Shown piece by piece: positions 1 through 13,454 of a DNA stretch of 64,000 nucleotides. A program made the position numbers and the translations under genes. The stretch spans positions 5,022,001 through 5,086,000 of the forward strand of contig CM022668.1 of NCBI GenBank assembly GCA_012295275.1, given 5' to 3'. Position 1 is the stretch's first letter, and every line of letters starts with the position of its first letter. The notes beneath the pieces were generated by a model that saw only the letters and a list, made by a program, of their open reading frames with translations, was not told the origin of the DNA and made no database searches. The DNA is from Chrysomallon squamiferum (Eukaryota; Animalia; Mollusca).

Positions 1-8
1 AACTTAAA

Positions 9-71
<63 letters not shown>

Positions 72-156
72 GAATAATGAATAAATTAATTAATAAAGAA
101 AAAAAGAAAGAAAATATTGAAGAAAAAATTAGAGTTACGTTTCTTGTTCGGGATTG

Positions 157-240
<84 letters not shown>

Positions 241-539
241 AACACAACCCTTCTCTGTTTCATTTTTTTATTTTGTCTCACAGTTCTAATAGTGTCACAT
301 ATTAATACTAATACTCATGCTCCTTACATTTTGTATGTCTATCTTAGATTTATTGAATTTTTGTTACGTTTTCTCCATTTTAGGAACACTCAAATATTAA
401 TCCCCCTAACCACACTTGATCAAGTCCAAAAAACAGTTACGTGTAACCTTCACTAGTTTGTACTATTAAAGTTCTAGAGAACTGAACAAAAAACACACGA
501 ACAGACAGAACAGACAGAACAAACAGTACAAACACGTCA

Positions 540-720
540 CGCAGGCTGAGGAATGTTTCTCAGTGTACGTGGGGACACGTGCGTGTGTGCGTGTGCAAGA
601 GTTTGTTTTTAACCAATAATAAAAAATGTATGCACTGATCTGAGACCCATGTTGCTAGCACACAATTAACTTTACTTGACAGATGTTACGTATTCTGCGT
701 GTTTGCATTTTAGTTCGCAG
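540..720 (+). mobile_element. Diverged fragment of dispersed SINE-like repeat (family 2)
   Basis: Shares the core CACTGATCTGAGACCCATG..GCTAG..AATTAAC..GACAGATG with 25075-25235, 26415-26625, 61245-61405, 62495-62760 and 63480-63610. Confidence 0.55.
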
Positions 721-1208
721 ACAAGAGACACGTCATGTAGAGTGTTTGTACCTGATTGACTTGTGATAACTTACAGTTATCCATCAGTTCTCACCGGTAG
801 AGTCTACAACATTTCAGTTTAATTATGACACAACTTTGTTATATGTTACTGCTAAAGAAATTGGATCTATAAAGATTTCTGTAGTTGAGGGCCTCAGCAT
901 GTTTATAGCTGATCCTAATTGTATCCTCTCTTCATGTTTATTTTATTTCAAATTATATCCTCTCTTCTCCAAACCCAGTTAAAAATACCGTTCCTATTAA
1001 TTACATGATTGTGTGTCAGCGTCTACATATAAATGTTAAAATAAATAATTTTAAGAAAAATACTAAAATGTGAAAACAGATAAATTTCAAACTCCCGTCC
1101 TGGAAATAGTTTTTTTAAATTCACAATTAAAAATAGAACAGTTCCCGTGACCTAGTTGAATAGAAGTTGGACGGACGTCAAAGGAAACACCTGTATTATT
1201 TGAATCAG

Positions 1209-1342
1209 TTACGTAAGGTTACCATAGCAGCACACGTCAGATTCACCCGCCCTGCCATAGTCAACAGTTACAGAGCCAGAATTACGCACACAGCTTTGTA
1301 CTAACAGACACTCGGAAGATTCTCCTTGGTAATCCACACAAA
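1209..1342 (-). CDS. Orphan terminal exon encoding a Cys-rich domain: xCVDYQGESSECLLVQSCVRNSGSVTVDYGRAGESDVCCYGNLT*
   Basis: Acceptor tttttctttcag, phase 1, open to TAA at 1209-1211. Spacing C-x9-C-x5-C-x12-[R]-x6-CC matches the exon at 4295-4437, and the downstream UTR motif GTTTCCTTT.ACGTCCG is shared. Candidate upstream micro-exons are 1571-1579 (AG/GTAAGC intact) and 1758-1769 (acceptor AA, broken). Confidence 0.7.
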
Positions 1343-2357
1343 CTGAAAGAAAAATATGTGAGGAAAAAAATCATTGAAAGAGAAAGTTACTTTCTCCCTG
1401 ATTCTATCTATATATACTTCTTTTTTTATCTCTCTGTCTGAATCATTTTACTTAAAAGCGGAATAATGTGTAAGGGAGAAATATCTATGGATGATATAAA
1501 ACTTCGGCCAGATGAATAAAAATTAAATGAAATTATAAAAATAATAGTAAAGAGGAAAAATAACGCTTACGTAAACATGCTTTTAGCGAAAAAAAATTTA
1601 TCTGTGTCTATGTACGTATGTATATTTGTATGTATGAATGTACGTATGTATGTATCTTTGATAAGAGTATGTGTTTATGTGCATGCACTGATATAAATAT
1701 CTGTTTCATGTATTTTTCATGCAGAAACTAAATTAACACAAGATATTTGTGTCTTACCTGGAATAGGAATTTCAAAGAGAAACAACAACAAAAATATAAA
1801 TAAATAAATAATAAAAATTATTATTTTAATACATCAGATAAAGAAAATTAAAATATGTTTAATGTAATGATATATCTATGTATGTAGATTTATTTACATG
1901 CACAAAGTATTTTAAAACTATAAACTGTACAAAATATTTCTGAACCTATTTAAGATTATTTAGTAGTAATCCTTTCTCAAAACGTACGAATGAAAACAAA
2001 TCATCTAACATATCACGAAAAACGTTCTTAAACAAAACATATCATTTGAAAACATTTTAAAATATTTCTGCATCTTTTACTCATTTCATTCGCATATCCT
2101 TCCAGAGACATATGAGTCAGAAAATCGCGATGCCAGTAAAATGTCGCTTTGACTACAAGCTATGATGGGACGTGCAGTTATTGGACTTTTCACGGACAAA
2201 ATAATTTTACACATGTCAAAGATCCGGCAGTTGTAGTTTATATCGAAAATGGTTTGTTATCTCCCTTTTTATCTATGGTAATGTCTGTCCTCATCGAAAG
2301 AGTCCTCACAATACATGTTTCCAAATTAGCAAATTGACATAGAAGATTTCACGTCAT

Positions 2358-2440
2358 CTAGCGGAACAGAAGTTGGGCGGACGTTAAAGGAAACACCTGT
2401 ATTAGACTGCCAGAATTACCCAAACATTGTGAAGACGGCT
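2358..2440 (-). pseudogene. Internally deleted copy of the Cys-domain terminal exon (xPSSQCLGNSGS...)
   Basis: Acceptor tttttatgtag. It retains SS.CL, NSGS and the family 3'UTR motif CAGGTGTTTCCTTT.ACGTCCG seen at ~1165-1195. Confidence 0.5.
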
Positions 2441-2481
2441 CTACATAAAAATAGAAAAGCCATTCAAACAGTTACTCCTTA

Positions 2482-2559
<78 letters not shown>

Positions 2560-3095
2560 TTTTTCTCACATTTTTCTTTTCTATCGCTGCTTATCTCAGG
2601 TTTCTCTGTTACAGATTCTCTCTGCTGCTTTTTACTTCTTACTTTCCTTCTGTTTATTGCTCAAATAAACTACATTAAAAAAAACGTGTACCCCGATCGC
2701 CTCCGAGAAAAGGACATAGACAGTGACAGATAAACAGACAGATATACATACAAACAGAACAAGCGCTATCACAACAACAATAAACAGACCAGTACCAGTA
2801 ACAATAAGAATAAAATAGTAAGAAATAAAATATTAAATTTAAAACAAAATCAAATAAACAAAGAAGTCAATAAATAAGACGTCCAAATGTTTGAAGCGTA
2901 TCGCTTTACGATCGATTTTCTTCTGTTATATCCAGCACAAGACAATCAAGAGAAAAACTGAGAACAATTAATAATTATTGTCTTATCAGATTTCAATGAA
3001 ATTAGAAAATCACACATGCAGCTACCGAGCAGAACAGAAAATGCAATTAACAAATAAAATAAAAATTAATTTCTAATACAACTATTTTCCTTCAG

Positions 3096-4437
<1,342 letters not shown>

Positions 4438-4800
4438 AGAGCGGTGATGTTTCCTTTTACGTCCGCGTAACTCTCATTAACCTTGATCTATTTCCATTTT
4501 AGAACGTTCTACAGTTTCCTCTAGAAAGAAATTAAAGATGTTCATCTTTCAAGCAAGCCTGTCAGTTTTCTTACTGAGGTGACTCAACTCAATGTCATAC
4601 ATCTATTTACACTTTCTAATTCCACTGTTTGATTTATTTTATTTTTTTTCCGACTTGGGCTAGAAGACAAACCCAAGCAGGAAAATTCACTCATGTTAAT
4701 GTTAATAATTCAATAAAAATATGAAAATATTACTTCTATTTATTTTTCTATTTGATTGTAGTTTTTAATTCGATTATTTTTTTCTGGCCTTAATTTTTAA

Positions 4801-4874
<74 letters not shown>

Positions 4875-5779
4875 TTTCAAAGTAAGATTAAATTAGTGAC
4901 AACAATTATTTTCTTAGAATTATTTGCTTGACAGTTATTTTCACAATGAAATATATATATTATATTATTTACTACACCACCAGAACTAAATTTAGAAAAT
5001 AATAATAACGGCAGCGGAGGCAGTTTAAACGAACTAGTAATGTGTATTGTATTGTTAATTTAATTCCAAATTACTAATATGAGCAATGTCTGAATCGACA
5101 TACCAATGTTCCATGAGGAGCACAGGAAATAATCAGGGTGAGTTATAAACACGCTGACGTCAAAACTATACGAATCTGTATAGGACCAGTTTCTTGAGTA
5201 CTAACACATACTAAATTTGTGTGATAACTAAACTGAAATCTTACAGCGTCTTACTCATTGCAAGACTGTAAGCTTGCAGTAGTTTTTTCAACTGATGTCT
5301 AAATGCAGCTCTACGTATAAACAAACAAAGTAACCACTGTCAGGATGCTGCTAGGCTCTTCTCTCGCCAGATGGCGCTGTTAGTAACGTTTATCATTGTA
5401 TTGCTGCTGTTGCCACTAATTCCACTACTACCACTACTAGTACTATCACCACTAACACCAACACCAGAGCCAACATTAGTCATACCGATACTACTACTAC
5501 CACTACAACTATTGATACTGCTACTACTACTTCTACTGCTATACTATTTATACAATTTCTATATTACTACTATATTACTACAACTGCTACATTATTACAG
5601 CTATAACTGAAAACACTACTACTATTGCTGCTACCACGCTACAGTCATGTATGTCGTAGTTTGCAGAATTTTCAGCGATTGAAGAAAATATACAGTAATG
5701 ATATCTCACGATATATTAGCAATTACAGCATTCGTCAACAATTTAATAGTAATAAAAGCAAATAGAATTACCGCTGACG

Positions 5780-6030
5780 AAGGTAAATTTTATTACAGGT
5801 CAAGCAGAAATTTTATTACACGTAAAAATTTATTTTATTACAGGTAAAATATATATTTTATTATAAGTAAAACATTATTTTATTATACGCGAAAGTATAT
5901 TTTCTTCCAGGTAAAATATATATTTTATTATAAGTAAAAAATTGTTTTATTGCACGCGAAAGTATATTTTATTCCAAGTAAATGCATATTTTATTACAGT
6001 TAAACATTTATTCTATTACAGATAAAAGTA
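5780..6030 (-). terminator. Tandem ~21-22 bp repeat carrying repeated AATAAA poly(A) signals in the 3'UTR of gene A
   Basis: The minus strand reads (TTTTACCTGTAATAAAA...)n just downstream of the stop at 6115. The same array follows each paralogous terminal exon. Confidence 0.6.
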
Positions 6031-6114
6031 TAGTTTTGTACAAATATAAATATGAAATAAAAAATGTTTTTCTCTATCGAACTGTTGATTTGGTTTGTTC
6101 TCAAATGCCTGTTT

Positions 6115-6992
6115 TCATTCTGGAACTGAAGAAAGAAAAGTCATAAAAGACAACAACAACAACAACAACAAATAATAATAATAATAATCAATAAATAAAT
6201 ATAAATATATATATATAAAACAAGTTGATATTTCTGTCGCGATACAGATACATGAATGATGGGCCTGTAGATAGAACGTAGAACGTGGATAGGTATGTAT
6301 ATATGTATATTTATGCATATTTATGTTTAAATACTGTGTATACGTTTCTATGTGCGTGTATGTATGTATGTACGTATATATGTATGAATGTATGTATGTA
6401 TGTATGTATGTATGTATGTATGTATGTATGTATGTATGAATGAATGTATGTATATATGTATGTATGAAAGAATGTATGTATGAAAGAATGTATTATGTAT
6501 GTATGAATGTATGTATGTATGTATGTGTATATATATATATGTATGTATGTATGAATGTATGTATGTACGTATATATGTATGCATCTATATATGCATGTAT
6601 GAATATATGTATCTATCAATGTATAATGTAAGTATATATGTATATATGCATGTATGAATATATGTATCTATGAATGTATGTATGTATCTATGTATATATG
6701 TATATGCATATTTATGTTCAAATACTGTGCATAGGAATTCAGAGAAAATTATTTCTAAAAAATAACAATAAATACTTACTCGTTGTAGTTTCTACAAAAT
6801 AAAATAGAAATAAAATACAGAAGAACTGTCTCAATTTTGAGAAACTTTTTCAATGAATAAAATATATTTTTTGTGTTTTGCATATTATAAAGCCTATTAT
6901 TTTATTTTGTCAGATGTTACTGCGATCAAACTGGTTTGTTATGCATCAGTTTATGTAGAAATGCATCAATGTGCGTTTGTGTCTATGTATGA

Positions 6993-7025
<33 letters not shown>

Positions 7026-8215
7026 TGTATGTATGTATGTATGTATGAATGTATGTATGTATGTAGGTATGAATGTATGTATGTATATATGTATGTATGA
7101 ATATATGTATAAATGTATGTATGTATATATGTATGTATGAATGTATGTATATATGTATGTATGAATATATGTATAAATGTATGTATGTATATATGTATGT
7201 ATGAATGTATGAATGTATGTATATATGTATGTATGAATATATGTATAAATGTATGTATGTATATATGTATGTATGAATGTATGTATATATGTATGTATGA
7301 ATATATGTATAAATGTATGTATGTATATATGTATGTATAAATGTATGTATGTATGTATGTATATATGTATGTATGTATGTATATATGTATGTATGAATGT
7401 ATGTATGTATGAATGAATATATGTATAAATGTATGTATGTATATATGTATGCATGAATGTATGTATGTATGTATGTATGTATGTATGCATGCCTATGTTC
7501 AAATACTGTGTATATATCTGCATATTAGTACGGAGAAAATTATTTAAAAAAATAATACTTACTCGTCGTACCTTCTGCAATATGAAAGAGAAATAAAATA
7601 ATCAGAAATAAGTCTAAGTTTTTAGAACGGTTTCTAATGCATGACATATAATGTTATTGTTTTGCATATTAGAAACTCTATTATTTTATATTGCCAAACT
7701 GCGATAAAATTGATCTATTTTGCATCAGTTTACTTACAAATGCATGAATGTACATTTGTATGTATCAACATTTGTTTATATCTCTGTATATATCTATGTA
7801 TGTATGTATGTATGTATCTATGTGTATATGTAAGTATGTATGTATATATATATATATGCATATTTATGTTCAAATACTGTGTATGTATCTGCATAGGAAT
7901 ACAGAGACAATTATTTCTAAAAATAATTAACAAATACTTACTCGTTGTAGGTGCTACAAAATAAGATAGAAATAAAATACAGAAGAAATGTCTCAATTTT
8001 GAGAAACGTTTTCAATGAATAAAATATATTTTTTGTGTTTTGCATATTATAAAGCCTATTATTTTATTTTGTCAAATGTTACTGCGATCAAACTGGTTTG
8101 TTATGCATCAGTTTATGTAGAAATGCATCAATGTGCGTTTGTGTCTCTATGTATGAATATATGTATGTATGTATGTATGAATGTATGTATGTATGTAGGT
8201 ATGAATGTATGTATG

Positions 8216-8246
<31 letters not shown>

Positions 8247-8431
8247 ATGCATATTTATTTTCAAATACTGTGTATGTATCGGCATAGGAATACAAAGACA
8301 ATTATTTCAAAAAGTAATAATTAACAAATACTTACTCGTTGTAGGTTCTACAATATAAGATAGAAATAAAATACAGAAGAGATGCCTCAATTTTGAGAAA
8401 CGTTTTCAATGAATAAAATATATTTTTTGTG

Positions 8432-8465
<34 letters not shown>

Positions 8466-9525
8466 TGCATGCTTATGTTCATATACTGTGTATATATCTG
8501 CATATTAGTACAGAGAAAATTATTTTAAAAAATAATACTTACTGCAATATGAAAGAGAAATAAAATAATCAGAAATAAGTCTAAGTGTTTAGAACGGTTT
8601 CTAATGCATGACATATAATGTTATTGTTTTGCATATTAGAAACTCTATTATTTTATATTGTAAAATTAATTTGTTATGCATGAGTTAATGTAGAAATACA
8701 TCAATGTACGTTTGTGTGTATGTATGTATGTATGTATGTATGTATATATGTATCTCTGAATGTATGTATATATGTATGTATGTTTGTATGTATGTATGTA
8801 TGTATGTATGTATATGTATCCATGCTTATCTTCAAGTTATGTGTGTATATCTGCATACTAATACGGAGAACGTTAGTTAGAAGAAATAATACTCACTCGT
8901 CGTAAGTGCTACATTGTAAAAGAGAAATATAATTCGTCAGAAATGTTTCAGTTTTAAGAAACTTTTCCAGTTACTAAAACATATTTTTAATATTTTGCAT
9001 GTACAAAGTATTATAAATAACTGTCTAATGTAAACTGATTTATTACAAATGCATGACTGTTCGTTTGTGTATATATGTATGTATGTATGTGCGTATTTGT
9101 TCATGTTCCTATTTGTACCTGAGTATGTGCCTGTATGTACGTATGCATGTATGTATTCATGTATCTGTATAATTTGTATATTACCATATGTTTTATTGAT
9201 AAATCTTGTCTGTATGTGTGTGTATGTGTGTATGTATGGCTGTGCATATATGTGTGCGTGTGTGAGAGAGACAGAATTCCTTACGTTGTGCTTCACAATC
9301 GTCTAACTCCTTTTTCAGACAGTCAAGTTTCACTCGCAACATTTCAATTCTGAAATATAGAAATTGTTCATTAAGTTCTAAGTACTTCTTTTTTTTCCAC
9401 TTGGCTATTATTGCTTTTCCGTGAGGGGAGGGGGGAATGTAGCCTGAAATTAATTTTGTGTTATTAATCTTTCTGCGTATTTTAGAAAAAACTGTGAAAT
9501 AACAACGTCTTTATTTACTGGTGTC

Positions 9526-9590
<65 letters not shown>

Positions 9591-9961
9591 TTGGGTGTGT
9601 GTGCCGTATTTAATGTGTTTAGTTTAACAGCAGGAGTAGAGTTAAGAAATACTTGGTCCTCGCAATATTTTTATAATTATGACGTCTTCATGTACAGGGT
9701 AGTCATGATTGCTCTTAAGTTTATTTCAGAGTTGCTTGGGGAAAAAACACTGTTTTCTGATTTGACGCGCATGGTTTGACGTCGTTACTGTTGTGGTCAG
9801 GCTATACATTTCAACAGTATTAAGAATAGTAATAATAATAGTTGTAGTAGTTCTACTCATGACTTATACGTTGATGGCCTGGGGCACTTCCGGCTCGGAA
9901 TGACTCATCAAAACCAACAAAATATGCGAAAAATAATAATAATAATTATTATAACAAAAAC

Positions 9962-9994
<33 letters not shown>

Positions 9995-11354
9995 AACAAT
10001 AATAATAATAATAATAACAATAATAATAATAATAATAATAATAACAATAATAATAATAATAATAACAATAATAATAATAATAACAAAAACAATAATAATA
10101 ATAATAATAACAATAATAATAATAATAATAATAATAACAATAATAATAATAATAATAACAATAATAATAATAATAACAAAAACAATAATAATAAGAATAA
10201 TAATAACAATAATAATAATAACAACAATAACAATAATAATAATAATAATAATAATAACAAAAACAATAATAATAATAATAATAATAACAAAAACAATAAT
10301 AATAATAACAATAATAATAAAAATAATAATAATAATAATAACAACAATAATAATAATAATAACAATAATAATAGCAATAATGGTATTAGTACTAGCAGTA
10401 GTAGCAACAGAAATAGCAGTAGTAGTAATAACAGTAGTAATAATAAAATGAATTAAAATTAATGATATACTATTTAAGTGTGGAATGAAATCATGCACAT
10501 AACTGTTCAATTTTAATTATTATTATTTTTTTATTTTTTTTCCTTTATTTATTTATTTTTTTTTTTTATTATTATTGTTATTTATTCTTATTGTTTTTAT
10601 TTTTGAAAGCTGCATAATATATTAATTACGCTCTTCGCAGTCTAAAATTAATTTAAAAACATATTTCTTCTTTTCTCTTCGGTTCACAACCAACAAAAAA
10701 AAAGAATTTTATACGTCACTCCACCCTAGAACGCATAACAATACAAGTCAGAAATACATTCCTGGCAGGTGCATGTTTAGAATGGGATAAGTAGCCAAAT
10801 ATTCAAATCAAACATTACATAGATATCCCTGAACTGACCAATCATTCGTCACGTATGTCATATTACGTCACACATATCACACATATGCCATGCATAACAT
10901 ATATGAAGCACACTGCAGTATCTGTGGAAAGACTTTCTACATTTTGCAACTGCAAAAGTTTTAAATAATTTATCAAATACAATGATCATGAGATTCCTGC
11001 CTTCGATATACTAGAAGTGGCAGTTGTTGTAATGGTAATGGTGGTACTAACATTAGTATTAATACTTGTTGTGTAAAAGTAGCAGTAATAGTACTGATAG
11101 TATTTGTTGTAGTAGATGCACAGAAATAATGGTAGCGGCAGTTGTTGTAATAGCAGAAAGACCTGACACCTATAATGGTATCATAGTGAGAAGAACTGTA
11201 CATACAGTAAATAAATAATTTACCTTGTACCGCAGCTTTCATATCCCTTGTGTCCCTCGTGTCCCTCGTGTCCCCACCCCCAGTGTTCAAGGTGTGACCC
11301 TGCTACAATCAGACATGATAGAACCAACACGCAAATAATCAGAACAGATTTCAT
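6115..11354 (-). CDS. Gene A: secreted micro-exon protein, 88 aa: [88 protein letters not shown]
   Basis: Exons are 11354-11224, 9349-9285, 8908-8897, 8347-8336, 7953-7942, 7574-7563, 6791-6780 and 6125-6115. All are flanked by AG/GT, phases are consistent (2, then all 1), and the frame is open throughout. The N-terminus is a hydrophobic signal peptide. Confidence 0.85.
9285..9349 (-). CDS. Gene A exon 2, 65 nt, coiled-coil segment [21 protein letters not shown]
   Basis: tatttcag / gtaagg boundaries. The same 65-nt length recurs in the paralogs at 16286, 52369 and 58671. Confidence 0.85.
9930..10380. repeat. (AAT/AAC)n microsatellite
   Basis: Directly visible; it is the source of the poly-I/poly-L ORFs. 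Confidence 0.95.
11224..11354 (-). CDS. Gene A exon 1: signal peptide plus [17 protein letters not shown] segment
   Basis: ATG in AAAATG context and donor AG|gtaaat. Six homologous exon-1 copies occur elsewhere in the window. Confidence 0.88.
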
Positions 11355-11359
11355 TTTCT

Positions 11360-11800
11360 GTCTTTTCTCTTTCTTGTAATCAGGATTTTGACAAGTTCTG
11401 TGGACACTGAAAATATGAGATTTATAAACTGTTTTATTTGTCAACGTGTACATTGGAAAAATACCACGTAGATTTTAAAAATATTTAATTAAGTTTTGTT
11501 TTTCTACTCCCTGGAGATTTAGACCTTTCATCATTCAATTTAATACCAGTTTGTTATTGTAAACGTCTTTCATTTTCTGTTTACTTTCAGCCACCCATCG
11601 TTTTTCTATCGAGCACCTGGAACGAGATAAACAGTAAGTAACAGCAGCGAAATCAACAGTAAAAAACAACTCTTCTAAATTGTTTACTATTTATTTATAA
11701 TTTAGTTTTTGTTTTAGTTTTATTATAATTTTTATTTAAAATTATTTTGTTTATTGTAAATCTTTTTACTATTATTATTACTATTGTGTTGTTGAATCTG
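11360..11800 (-). promoter_or_regulatory. Conserved upstream/promoter block of the family (TATAAA at 11426-11421)
   Basis: Inverted homolog at ~14570-14970 in front of gene C; further copies at ~54300-54710 and ~56960-57350. Confidence 0.55.
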
Positions 11801-11896
11801 TTGTTTCTTGAGAACAAAAATATGCTATTTCTTTCTATTTCAAGTCGTTATATCCGGCATAAAATTGAAGGGCTTTTCGTGTTGTTCTTTGATCAT

Positions 11897-11948
<52 letters not shown>

Positions 11949-11949
11949 A

Positions 11950-12290
11950 TAATTTCTTCCTACTACTAAATTTATACTTGTGTTAAAGAAACATTATATC
12001 TCGTCTTCATTGTCTTTCTACTACTTAATATATACTTGTGTCAAAGAAAAAATATTTGTTTCATCTTCGTTGCCTTTCTACTAGTAAAATTATATTTGTG
12101 ATGGATAAACATTCGCTTTCATCTTCATTGTCTCTCTAGTACTAAATTTAAACGTGTGTTAAAGAAACGCTATCACTTTCGTCATCATTGTCTTTCTGCT
12201 GCGAGATTTATACCTGTGTTAGAGAAATACTATCAGTTTGATCTCCATTGTATTTCGACTATTCAGTTTTTACTTCTATTATAGAAACAC
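11950..12290. repeat. Degenerate ~59-bp minisatellite
   Basis: Repeated TCATCTTCATTGTCTTTCTACTACTAAATTTATACTTGTGTTAAAGAAA. An inverted copy lies at ~14395-14505 and a direct copy at ~54840-55160. Confidence 0.7.
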
Positions 12291-12329
12291 CATCATTTCC
12301 GTTTAAAAAAGAAAAATCAAAAACAAATA

Positions 12330-12945
12330 TATAAAAAACATTATTCGTTCTGATTTCGGTCAACTGGCTTATGAAATGATTTTGAATAAATAACAGTGTT
12401 TCCGAGAAACATAAAAAGAAATCAGTAACTATCAGCACATATTGATTAAACAAATATGTGAAATATACCCAGATGTTTGGACTAACACATTCACCCAAAC
12501 CCACGTTCACTTTCATAATAAGAACCCACACACCAAACTCTGTAAATACATTTGCAAATAGACACTGGTTTTGTTGGAAATACAGATTACTTTTGTCTTT
12601 ATTATTTATCCAATATATCTGAAACAAAACTCATTCTTAGTTATCCTTAACATTGATTCCATGTACAGCAACAGAAACATCGATGCAGAAATAGATTCTG
12701 TTGAGAGGGCATTTGAAAAATACTCAGATACGGACAGACTAACAGAAAACTTTACAGAATTATCTTTGTTAAGGTTAAAAGGTATCAACTTTGAAGTTAA
12801 AGGAGAAATATATTGGCGGGTTTGACGTTTTGTGATTGTCAAACATTTCAGAGCAGAGTTCGCCTCTATTTATATCGCAAAACTCGAGCAAAGGGTTTTA
12901 AACAGAGGAACCAAAATTCCATTTTCCGATCTGAGATAATTCGAT
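12330..12945 (+). mobile_element. Penelope-like retroelement reverse-transcriptase fragment (degenerate)
   Basis: Translation NSFLVILNIDSMYSN...ELSLLRLKGINFEVKGEIYWRV resembles PLE RT motifs (LVxLDvxSLYTNI ... NxFeFnGxxYxQ). Contains stops/frameshifts. Confidence 0.65.
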
Positions 12946-13454
12946 AGTTCGAGTCTCGTCAGCGGCATCTGACGGGATTTCCCGAACTGTTATTACACTT
13001 TGTCCTCTTTCTATCTCTGTTTCACACATTTTTCTATTAGTCTGGGATTCTTTCATATGGATACCTCAGCTTTTTTCTCACATTTTCTCTTTTTTATCTA
13101 ACCTCTGTCAGGGTTTCTCTGTTGCAGATTCTCTCTGCTGTTTTTTCTTTTTCCCTCGTATTTTCCTTGTGTTTATTGTGAAATAAACTACAATAAGAAA
13201 ACGTGTACCCCGATCGCCTGGGATACAAAGACACAAACACTGACAGATGAAGAAAAAGCTGTACAAACAGACAAACAGAACAAGAACTATCACAACAACG
13301 ATAAACAGACCACTACCAATAACCATGAGAATAAAGAAAATAAAATAATAATAAATAAGATACTAAAATTAAAGTAAAATGAAATAAACAAATAAATCAA
13401 TAAATGAGAAGTTGAAATGTTTCAAGCGTATCGCTTTAAAATCGATTTTTTTCA

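Noticed and set aside
2105-2337. ORF 2149-2337 after a ttccag acceptor-like site
   Set aside because: All three phases from the acceptor hit stops, and there is no recognisable motif or paralog.
5255-5310. Possible minus-strand exon AAFRHQLKKLLQAYSLAM
   Set aside because: It is in the wrong phase for the family, the duplicate (~45690-45743) has a stop in that frame, and it lies beyond the poly(A) array.
5371-5610. Signal-peptide-like Leu-rich ORF with a Thr-rich alternative frame (also 45795-46019)
   Set aside because: Degenerate (ACT)n low-complexity tract with no exon context; absent from the older paralogous region (~20500).
6311-8905. Many YIHT/MYVC ORFs here and at 27800-28190 and 46970-52200
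   Set aside because: (TATG)n microsatellite translations; only the embedded 12-nt exons are supported.
9900-10510. Poly-Ile/poly-Leu ORFs (also 52837-53262)
   Set aside because: (AAT)n microsatellite.
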